From assembly GCF_009914755.1 (NCBI RefSeq), contig NC_060936.1: DNA of 64,000 nt; one strand, written 5' to 3'. The stretch comes from the human T2T-CHM13v2.0 reference genome, Homo sapiens. The notes under the pieces were generated by a model. The model was given only the letters and a program-made list of their open reading frames with translations. It was not told where the DNA came from and made no database searches. Positions 53,569-64,000 of this stretch are shown here, piece by piece (position 1 is the first letter of the stretch; each line of letters starts with the position of its first letter). The position numbers and the translations under genes were made by a program.

Positions 53569-54233
53569 GAAGCATCACAAGGACGGCTTTCTCCTATGTG
53601 AAGGCTGCAGAAGGAGATTTCAGCTGTTGCTCAGGACGGCTCCCTGGCATCACCGGGAGTCCTGAGAGCTCATCGGAATACCGATCACAATGCTGGTGAA
53701 GCCAAGCGTCGCGCAGGGGCTCTGGGGAGAAGACGCCCAGGTTAACATAGGAGGTCGTTAGGCAGCACCCTCCCTTCCCGCATCTCCCCCCAAAAAAGCC
53801 TCCGAAAATTGCTCCGTGCCCACTTTGCAATAGAAAGTTCAGTGCCAAAACCAAAAAATAATGGATCATAGTGTCTTCTCAGAGTGGTGTTGGCAACACC
53901 AAAGGTTGCGGCAGAGGGGCAAGTTTTGCATCCTTTTCCTATTTTTGTTAACAAAACTGACAAACTATAGACCCCACAGCAAGCAGAGGTGGGGATGAGG
54001 TTACACTCCTGATGTTTTGGGTTTAAATTTATTACCATCATAATGCATGGCTCTCAAGCAACAGAGTGCTATACTAATAAGTGTAATAATAGATTTGAGC
54101 TTAGCGTCATAGGCTGTGAGAGAACAGGGTAGCAGAACCACACCTCTGTCCACCTCCAGGCTGAACACCAGGGGCTTTTCCCATCAGGGTCTCTGGGTCC
54201 ACCTGCAGGTCAACTTTGAGAAACAGCCGCTGC

Positions 54234-54252
54234 TGCTGCCCTCTAGTGGCGA
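54234..54252 (-). promoter_or_regulatory. Strong candidate CTCF site
   Basis: The minus strand reads cgCCACTAGAGGGCAGca, an exact match to the CTCF core consensus, with CpGs retained nearby. Confidence 0.75.
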
Positions 54253-56419
54253 TTCTCGGAACGGGCACTCGGAGAGCGAATGCTGTTTCTTACCTCACTG
54301 CTGGTGGGAAAATTAGATGATCAAAAACGCCACAAATATCTTTGGTTTAACCTTGATTCAAATTAAGGTCAAAACTCCTGGCCACAGTTACTAATCACTT
54401 GAGGGAGTAAAAAGCAATCGATGTAGCTTTTTTGTCAGTTGGCACAGGCTTTGAAAACGCAAAGCCCTTTTTGTAAGATTAGAAGGTTAGTAAATGTTTG
54501 CATATCAGTTAGCGTAACATTTAAGGTCAATATATACTTTTTCTGGGTTTTGGCATCAAATGTTACTTAGGAGACGAAGAACTTTCTCCTTCTCTTGAAA
54601 GATTTATTTATTCCATGAAGCATGCACTTACAACCTTCAGTCTCACTGTCATGAATTTGCCTGAAGGGGAAAGAAAAAATGAGCTTCCTAAACATAATTT
54701 TATATGTTTTTAATTTTTTTCCAGAACATTAAAGTAGTTAAAAATATTGAAAACTTGAAAAGCAGATATATGAACACTTACAGAAAAAACGTAAATATAG
54801 TTTTATACCAAGATAGAATTCATTATCATTTTACTTCACTTAGATTAATTTAAAACCATTTAAGATCACCCCCAGTCAAGAGAAACTGTCAAACATGACT
54901 GCTGTCCCCATCGAAAGTGAGACAAGCAGAGAAGTCGTCTCTGAAGATATTTGTGGTGAGTTTGCTTCCCTGTCTTTCTTGCTGCCTGAGGTTCCGGCCT
55001 GGCACAGCTCTCAATCAGCCCTTATTCAAAATGTTAGATTTTGAGCATCTTAGGTTTTTTCATTCATTTTAAATTTTGCCCCTGAGGCAAGTGCGTTACT
55101 CACTTTCCCCGTGGTCTCCAAACTCGGAATCTTCTCACAGAAGATTATGCTGCATGGAAGATTGTTGTAGAACACTAATCAATCACTAGGTGTGATAACA
55201 CGTTTTTCAGAAGAGATCAATTTTCCCCAACCTTGTGATCATTAACTTATGAGCTATGCCTCATTGATCTAACACTGTTAAAATCAATCAACCTAAAAAC
55301 GATGTTGATATGGTTAGAATTATGGACATAGCCAAGGCATTCTTCCTGAAAAATAACTTTATTTTCAAGGAAAAATTGACAAGGGACTCTAATAAAATGC
55401 TTGGCAACACAATAAGCCATTTGGATTTTTCCATGACAGCATTTCCATGCTTCATTGGTATAATACAATAAACAAATGAGTCAATAAAACAGGCCACACA
55501 GATGATGAAAGATCGATTCAGTATTATTTTGCTAACATTTTAGATTTGATCTTCACATAATCTAGCTTTAGCAGAAGTCGCTGAAATCAATATGTTTCTT
55601 TTTAGCTATGTGGTTTTATTACCTTTTCTTGATTAGTATATTAACTAGCAGATTAGAGCATACAAGATTTCCTACAATATATTCAATTCACAAAAATAAT
55701 GTTTCCCAATTCATCCACTTCAAAATGACCTTAAACTCCTGTATAGGAAAGATGAATTGCTTTTTTCTGGCAGACCTGGGAGCTGTCTAAGGGGCTCTTG
55801 GATGGACTTTGCAGCCATATCACACTCCTAAGAGGTGTGGGTTTAGACATCAACCTCCCTGCCCTGAACCGCATTCTCTGTTGAACTTCCTCACCATTGA
55901 TTTTTTTTTTTTAAATCTGAGGGTCAAAGCTTTCTATTATTTTCATTATATTTTTATCTCACTAGTTCTAACCTAATGCTCCAGGCAGTTGGGAAAATAT
56001 TATCTAAATATCTGCTTTCATAGCTCATCTCTAAATCAGATCATTAGGCTGAGCCTTTGCTAAAATGATTGAAAAGAACAAGAACAAGGTGAGATCTGGG
56101 TGTCTCTGCAGCAAAGGCTGCCTCCAGGTGAACCTTCATTTAGAAACAGAGCAGCCAAGAACACACTGGAGCCATCGCTGTTGCTTGTCCTAAATGCATT
56201 CTCTCGCTTGCTAAAATTCAGATACAGGGAACTGAGGCATTCTCTGATCAAGAGACTCATCTCTGAAAGAAAATGAGATTGGCTTCATTTTCAGGCTTTC
56301 TCTCGGGAAGTGAGAGCAAACGCATGCTTCCTTTGCATGAATGCCATCTTCCTTCTGAGGCTCTCAAATGGGGTAACTCTGCTTCCCTGTTAGTGAAGGA
56401 CGTTTCCGTGGTCAGCGGC

Positions 56420-56880
56420 AGAAACCATACAAAATGCACTTAAGAACAAACAGAAGTGACAGGATTGCATGACTGAAAAGTTTACAAGTAGTTCTGGCTT
56501 CAGGCATCGCTGGATCAAGGGGTTCAGAAATTCTCACCAGGACTCAGTCTCTCTCAAGCTCTTGTTTCTGCTTTCACAGGTGGTGACTTCATTTTCATTT
56601 CTAGGCAGGTTTTCCCTGTCTAAAAGCCAGATACGCAGTATATCTAGGCTTCATCATATTAGCTATAATTCCAGTGGAAAAAAGAGATTAAAAAATACCA
56701 AGAATCAATCCCCTTGGCCTGAGCACCCAGTTAGGATCAATGATCAACTCCTAGATCAATCACCATTGCTGCCTGTGGCAATGCTGCGAATGGCCCAGCC
56801 CCGGGTCCCATGCCACTGCTACAGGAGAGAGGTGGGGTTGGACCCACACAGGTCAAATAGGATGCTGCCTCCAGGAAAGG
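56420..56880 (-). mobile_element. Old MLT1 (K/L-like) LTR relic
   Basis: tggcttcaggcatcgctggatcaaggggttcaga...tcaccaggactcagtctctct pattern. Confidence 0.55.
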
Positions 56881-57037
56881 GGCACTAGGTTCCAGGAGGA
56901 CAAAAACACAGATGTTCCCTCCACAGTGCGGTCACAGCCCTGCCATGACCTGACAGCAAGCACTCAGATCTGTAGGTTTCCGAGACCCACGTCATCTCCC
57001 TGTTGAGAGTGGAGTTCACATTCACTCGCCTGCTGTT

Positions 57038-57122
57038 TCCTGGTCCCATGCTGATCCTCCTGGTCCCATGTTGATCCTCCTGGTCCCATGCTGATCCTCC
57101 TGGTACCATGCTGATCCTCCTG
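57038..57122. repeat. 20-bp minisatellite, 4 copies
   Basis: tggtcccatgctgatcctcc x4 with 2 substitutions. Confidence 0.95.
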
Positions 57123-58025
57123 ACGGTCACTCAAACATCCATCATCCAGCTTCTCAGCGACCACGGTCACTGGCATGGCTAGCACTGCTCTTGGTCCTCA
57201 GCTTCCTCAAGTCATTCCCTGTGTGTTTTCGGCTTTGATGCCCTTCTGCAACTGTATTCACATCCTCTTTCTATATGCATGTATATATTATAACTCATGG
57301 CTCGGTCATGCTCCTTTATGGAAGAGTTCCTTTTAAAAGAAATGGAGAAAATGCTTAGAAAAAGTGTATTTAAAATAATGTTTCCCCTACTTTTACCCCT
57401 TTCGGTGGCATTTCCAAAGAAAATCTAGGAGAGTCCACTTACGTCTCAATCCCTTCAGCAGAAAGAATTTCAAAACACTCGGCTCACACTTCTGTGGCAT
57501 TTTCAGTCTTCTTCACATTGGAACTATTTACTCATGGTAGGTTTGTGGGCGTCCCTGCCTTCTGTGGACCAGGAGCCCCTGGGGAGTCTTGTTCCTTGCT
57601 CCTGGTGGAGCCTGGTCAGCACCTCACTCCGCGGCTTCGCGCTTCGCAGACACAGCGCACCTGTCATCGGATGAATTGATTGGGCGTCTTGTCGAACACC
57701 AGCACGGGTTGTGCTAATGATTCTTAGCTCCATCGCAGCATAGCTGCAAATCAATCACCGTCTTCCAGAATTCCTGGATATTTCTTTTTTTCTAATCAGA
57801 AAGACAGTAGCAACACCTGGTGCCGAAGAAGTGTAGAGATGCTGATTTGTGTTTAGAGCATGCTCAGAGTTGACCTTCTCAAATCAAGAGGAAAATAAAG
57901 AGAAGAAGAGAGAATTCCTCGGCCCTGGCCAGAAATGGAGGGTGGACTTACAGCCAGGTGCTCAGGTACCAGATTGGTGGTTACTCTTCTGGCCTCGAGG
58001 GCATCAGCATTGCTGACATGAACAC

Positions 58026-58617
58026 AGCAGCCCCTTTCAGTCAGGTTTTGCTTTCAGTTATCCACGATCAACCACCGTCTGAAAATATGCAGTGGATCAC
58101 TCCAGAAATAAATCATTTATAAATTCTAAACTGTGTGCCATTCTGAGTAGAGTGATGAAGCCTGGCACAGTCCTTCTCCACCTTATCCCTGACATGCATT
58201 ATTCCTTTGCCCGGCATGTTCACGCTGCAGACACCACACTCCGCGCCCACCAGCGGCTCAGTAGCCATCTTGGTGGTGAGCTGGACTTTCTCTGTATCAC
58301 AGTGCTTGCATCCAGGTCACCCTTATTTGACTTAAGGATGGTCCCAAAAGAACATGTGCACGTGGCAAAGGCAGCCGTAAAGCACTTTTTTTTTTTTTTT
58401 AGTGAAAAGGTGAAAGTTCTCCACTTAATCAGGAAATAAAAGAAATGATAAGCTAAGGTTGCTAAGATCTTTGGTAAGAACGAACCTTCAATCTATGAAG
58501 TTGTAAAGGGGGAAAAATAAATTTGTGCACAACATCCATAGAGGTAAGCACTATCCGAGCTTTCAGGCATTCCCTGGGGGTCTTGGAACTCGTCCCTGGT
58601 GGATAAGTGTATGACTG
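58026..58617. mobile_element. MER44B/Tigger7-like DNA transposon
   Basis: gttttgctttc...tctgaaaatat...ccagaaataaa...ttctgagtag...aggttgctaagatct...ttcaggcattccctgggggtcttggaac. Confidence 0.75.
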
Positions 58618-58835
58618 GGGCTCTGCTTCCACTGGAGATCAGGATGTCTTCAATGTCTAAAAGAATGCACGAGACCCTGAGAATGCACCGGGAACATGCT
58701 CCCCAAACATATCCTTGCTTGTAAAATCACCCACTATTCTCTGAATATCCTCTCTCAACAATTAAAGTGACAGTTCTAAGTTATCACTCAGAGGATGTGG
58801 GGCCAAGTGCAGATATTAATTCTAAGAAATTCTTA

Positions 58836-59339
<504 letters not shown>

Positions 59340-59679
59340 TCAAGGTCCAGTGTGAAGCGCAAGTCCTGCTGGAAAGGAAGGCGATCAGGGCTGGCAGAGA
59401 GCAGCACGTCACATGGCTCGGCAGGTGCTCTGCGTATGACAGCGCCTGGGAGAAATGGGGAGATGACATGCATTGCAAGCTGGACACAGTCCATGCAGGC
59501 CCCACCTCAAGATGGGCTCCACTTTAGGGGAGACCCTACTTGCTTGCTAAGAATGTCAATTAATGCCCCGTTTCTTTCTGCGGCCCAGAGAGCACCCGGC
59601 ACGGCTCCCAATGCTGATGGCATCTTCATCGGGCAGCTCCTGGGAGGGCACTGGGATGAGGAGTTTGGCCAGGGAAAGG

Positions 59680-60319
59680 TAGCCAACTGTTCAAACTGTC
59701 CAAATCATGCAAACACAGAGCTGTAACCAATCTCTTATCATGCCTATTTTTATGGTTATTTCTTGACGAATTGTTAAACAAGGGGTGGATTATTCCTGCC
59801 TCCCCTTTCTAGAGCATATAGGGTAACTTCCTGATGTTGCCATGGCATTCCTAAACTGTCATGGCGCTGGCGGGAGTGTAGCAGTGAGGACAGCCAGAGG
59901 TCACTCTCATCGCCATCTTGGTTTTGGTGGGTTTTAGCCGCTTCTTTACTGCAACCTGTTTTATCAGCAAGGTCTTTATGACTGCTATCTTGTGCTGACT
60001 TCCCATCTCATCCTGTGACTTAGAATGCTTAACCTCCTGGGAATGCAGCCCACCAGGTCTCAGCCTCATTTTACCCAGCCCCTATTCAAAAGGGAGTTGC
60101 TCTGGTTCAAATGCCTCTGACAAATCTGGCTGTTTCTGTCCCTTACTTCTGTTTTCTGTACTTCACTTTCCTTTCTCTGTTGATAAATCTTCTTCCGCCC
60201 CATGGCTGTGCTGGAGTTTCTGGGCCTAGCCTGGCTCAGGAGACTGCCTGATTTGTGAATCGTTCTTTGCTCAATTAATCTCCTTTAAATTTAATTTGGC
60301 TAAAGTTTTTCTATTAACA
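59680..60319 (+). mobile_element. MER51-like LTR 3' part, split by an antisense MER41A-like LTR (59733-60122)
   Basis: Host reads gagctgtaaccaatc | aatctggctgtttctg...gaatcgttctttgctcaattaa...ttaaca. The insert ends ttgctctggttcaaatgcctctgaca (MER41 5' end, reversed); AATC is duplicated at both junctions. Confidence 0.8.
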
Positions 60320-60329
60320 ACAGCAAGGG

Positions 60330-60860
60330 CTGACTGATGTATCTTAGAGCAAAATCGTGTCTCTTCAACAAGGCCCTGCGTGATGTGGGCCCTGTCTACC
60401 TCTTCAACTCACTGTGTATGACAACACAGACCTGCTGTCTGCAGCCTCAATCATCAAACCTGTTCCTGCTTCAGGATCTGTGAACTGGCTCTTCCATCCT
60501 CCCAGGAATCCCTCTCCCGCATACCACCATTCTCCCGCATCTCACCATTCTCCTGCATCCCACCGTGGCTGGCCTCCTGGGTTGATTTTGGTGCCAGCTC
60601 TCACATCTCCTCCTCCAGGAGCCCTCCCCAATGTCTCCGTCTAATTGTTCCCCTCCATGTTCCCCTGTCACCGGCCCTGTTCCATGTTTCCTGGTAGCAC
60701 TCATCACTACCACTTTTTACAGATGTCCTCATGTGTTTGCTCTGTATCCTGTGTCTCCTCCCTCCAGATCATAAGCTTTCTGAGAACACAAGCCATGTCT
60801 GACTTATCACTGTTGCTGGCTCCAGAGCCTGATCATAGCAGCTGTTCAATAATATTTTTT
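60330..60860 (+). mobile_element. L2 fragment
   Basis: caaggccctgcgtgatgtgggccctgtctacctc...ataagctttctgagaaca...ctgttcaataatattt. Confidence 0.6.
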
Positions 60861-61125
60861 AAACTGAACCTTAACTAGTTTCCATCTCAAATATATATGC
60901 AGAGAAGATGATTATTACACCCATAAGTTTACCTATGAAATCAACAAACTAGTATATATGCTTTGTTAAAGTCCAAAAAGGGAAGGTTGTCAGGAGAATC
61001 AAAACAAAGCCAGCCCGAATGAGGAGTGGTTGTGAGGTCTCCATAAAGAGCCCGCCCTAGGAGGTGGGTTGATCTGGGGCCCCGAGAGCAGGCAGGAGCC
61101 TGGGCTCCCAGCAGCTGAGGGCCTC

Positions 61126-61212
61126 CAGGTCTGTTTTCATGTAAACTAGTGAACGATCCCAGCTTCTCAGGTCGGTTTTCATGTAAACTGGTGAGTGACC
61201 CCAGCTTCTCAG
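61126..61212. repeat. 42-bp tandem duplication
   Basis: caggtc(t/g)gttttcatgtaaact(a/g)gtga..ga.cccagcttct x2. Confidence 0.9.
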
Positions 61213-61804
61213 ACCTCCTCAATCCTGCTAGGGAGCTTTGATGGTTTGGATCAGGAAAAAAAAAAAAAGTCTTTCTAGATGAGAACTGAAGAGACAAATC
61301 AGCCTTCAAATTGGGCATCTCTCTATACCTGTCCCACCTGCATGGAAGAAAATGAGGAAGTGTCCTCCCTCGGGAAGTAATAATCCAGATAATAACATGC
61401 TTGCCTGACACCATTCCTTTCATCTTAGCATCTCGGAGCTCTTAGAAATATTAAGGATTTAATGGGTGTCACTGGGACGCAAAGCCATTCCAAAGCAGCC
61501 GGTATCTCAGGTTCCCATCTGGGAATGGGCTTACTCTGGTCCATTATAATGAGAGCCCTGTAAGCAAGGTGCTATTAGCCTGTTTCCCAGATGTGGGGGA
61601 GTGAGAGCCAGGCAGGGCTGATAACATTGCCACCTACTCCCTGCCTCAGGAGTGCCATAGGGGCCAGTGACATCGTGGGTGCTTCAGGTTGGCAGGGACT
61701 CAGGAGGTTGGAGTCACAACTGAATGAAGAGGAATCAGAACCTGGGAGTTCACATGCAGACCAGCAGGACAAAGGCAGTCCATTCACTCCACGAGAATGC
61801 ACTG

Positions 61805-63335
61805 CACAAAAAGACAATCCAGTGGGAAAAAAAAAGTGGTCAAATGACTTGAGCAGACATTTCTCCAAAGAAGATATACAAATGGCCAATAATCACAGGC
61901 AAAGATGCTTGTATTAGTCTATTCTCACACTGCTAATAAAGACATACCGGATACTGGATAATTTATAAAGGAAAGAGGTTTAATTGACTCACAGTTCCCC
62001 AGGGCTGGGGAGGCCTCAGGAAACTTACGATCATGGTGGAAGCAGAAGCAAACACATCCTTCTTCACATGGCAGCAGCAAGGAGAAGTGCCGAACAAAAG
62101 AGGGGAAAGCCCCTTATAAAACCATCAGATCTTGTGAGAACTCACTCACTATCACAAGAACAGCAGCATGGGGGTAACTGCCCCCATGATTAAATTACCT
62201 CCCACTGGGTCCCTCCCACAACACATGGGTATTATGGGATTGCAATTCAAGACAAGATTTGGGTGGGGACACGGACAAACCATTTCAGTGCTCAACACCA
62301 TTAAGTCACGAGAGAAATGCAAATCAAAACCACAATGAGATACCACTTCACATCTCCTAGGATGACGCTACTCAAAAAGGCGGAGAACAACAAGTATCAA
62401 GAAGGATGTGGAGAAAGTGGGGCCCTCGTGCACGACCGGTGGGAGTGGACAATAGTGCAGCCACTGTGAACAGCAGTTTGGTGGTTCCTCAAAAAAGTTC
62501 AATGTAGAATTACCACATGACCCAGCAGTTCCAATCCTAGGCTTAGATCAAACAGAATGGAAAACAGATACTCAAACACAACATATTCACAACGCATTCA
62601 TAGCAACACTATTCACAATAGTAAAATGATGGATTAGTGGGTACGAATATGGAGTTTGATAGAAGAAATGGGACCTAGTGTTTGGTAGATCAGTAGCGTG
62701 ACTACAGTTTCCAATAATCTCTTGCATATTTCAAAATAGCTAGAAGAGAAGAAATAGAATGGTTCCAGCATGAAGACAATATTTAAGATGATGGAGATCC
62801 CAAGTACATAGATTTGATCTTTACAAATTATTTGAATGTATCAAATTACCACATATGTCTCAAAACTATGTACACCTATTATGCATCAATTAAAAAGCTT
62901 TTAAAAAAGTAGAAACAATGGATGAATGGATAAACAATTGTGATATATCCGTAAAGTAGAAGATTATTCAGCTGTATAAAGGAATGAGGCTCTGATATGT
63001 ACTACAAGATGAAGGGGCCTTGAAAACACCACGCTAAGTGAAAGAAGCCAGTCACAAAAGGCCACATGGAGTATAATGCCATTGATATGAAATGTCCTGA
63101 ATTAAATAAAGCCACAGCGGCAGGAAGTGGATTCATTGTTGCCAGGGACAGAGAACAGGGAGAAATGCAGAAGGACCACTAGCGGGTACAGAGTCTCCTT
63201 TCGGGGTAATGAGAATGTTTTGGAAATAGGTAGAGGAGGGGGCTGTACAACATTGTAAATGCACTAAATGCCACTGAGCTGTTCGCTTTAAAATGATTAA
63301 CTATGTTCTATGAATGTCAATTTAACTTTTTTAAA
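61805..63335 (+). mobile_element. L1MB-like 3' region with nested THE1C and a nested L1MA-like 3' fragment (~62630-62900)
   Basis: gacatttctccaaagaagatatacaaatggccaat...aaaccacaatgagataccac...ctaagtgaaagaagccagtcacaaaaggccaca...aatgcactaaatgccactga. Confidence 0.85.
61910..62287 (-). mobile_element. THE1C-like solo LTR
   Basis: tgtattagtctattctcacactgctaataaagacatacc...gggtggggacac..aaaccatttca; 5-bp TSD atgct/gtgct. Confidence 0.92.
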
Positions 63336-63359
63336 TGCAGAGTTTCTTTACAATAAAAT

Positions 63360-63590
63360 GACAATCGCTGACATTTACTGAGCACTTCTATATGCCAGCC
63401 TCCATTATCATCACTGGTCTCAGATCAACTCAGTTAATCCTCCCAGCAACCCTGCCAGATAGGGACTATTAGTCTCACTTGCAGATGAGAAAATTGAGAC
63501 ACAGAAAGTTAATAAATTGCCCAAGTGTCCCAATATAATAAGAGGCAGAGCCAGCACAGACCCAGGCATCTAAACAACCAGGGGTCCTGC
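63360..63590 (-). mobile_element. MIR
   Basis: acatttactgagcacttctatatgccag...gcagatgagaaaattgagacacaga...ttgcccaag. Confidence 0.8.
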
Positions 63591-64000
63591 ACCAGTAACC
63601 TTTGGCACTAGAAATTCACACTGATCACTGGGTGCCTGCTCTTGAGGTGCTTCTATTCTGAAGGGTGGGCACAGATGATGAACTAATTGCCAAAAAAAGC
63701 CTCCTTGCAGGCTGTGAAAAGCCCTCTGATCAAATGCAAATACTAACTATAGTTCAATTTGGAACAACACTTTTGCACCGATTGCAACTGAGATTGGCTA
63801 AAGATTCACGAGTTTGGCAAACATAACCAGAAGCATTCCATGAAGATTAACTGTCTCTCATGGAATGTATACTAAATATGATTGTATACTTTTTACTGTT
63901 TGTAATTTGTGTACTACACAGTTTTTATATTAGTAAAATTTATTATATATGTGTATATAGATGTAGGTATGCAACACACAGATGTATATATCATATGCAC

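Noticed and set aside
59733-60122. MER41 as an interferon-gamma-inducible STAT1 enhancer
   Set aside because: The tandem GAS (TTCCNGGAA) block of MER41B is absent between aaggggagg and gaataatccacccc; the copy is MER41A-like and shortened.
61910-62287. PRDM9 13-mer hotspot motif in the THE1 LTR
   Set aside because: The equivalent site reads CCTCCCCAGCCCT on the minus strand and does not match CCNCCNTNNCCNC.

Overview
This is 64 kb of primate (human-like) non-coding genomic DNA. It carries 13-14 Alu copies or fragments (J, S and Y types), L1PA/L1PB/L1M fragments, MIR and L2 relics, MaLR/ERVL LTRs (MLT1, MLT2, MST, THE1C), ERV1 LTRs (a full solo LTR12C, MER50, and MER41A nested in a MER51-like LTR), and hAT/Tigger DNA-transposon relics. 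It also has several minisatellites and microsatellites and two strong CTCF motifs. I can support no protein-coding gene, RNA gene or CRISPR array: the ORFs I could assign come from repeats, and the rest look like chance ORFs. I cannot name the locus, and I see no new multi-gene 'system'. The notable signal is structural: a cluster of local templated copies of non-TE-delimited DNA. These are two long inverted repeats (16.46-17.05 kb and 36.73-38.08 kb), two dispersed direct copies (11.35/15.79 kb and 34.69/35.70 kb) and micro template-switch scars. The 36.7-38.1 kb inverted repeat predates an AluS insertion yet keeps a 54-bp perfect CpG-containing tract and a strongly GC-shifted MER33 segment, which suggests GC-biased gene conversion. 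A 65-bp, dimerically organised, LTR-derived minisatellite repeats a CCAAT/PBX/AP-1/E-box cassette about 8 times. Repeat subfamily names come from my recollection of consensus sequences and need RepeatMasker/Dfam confirmation.
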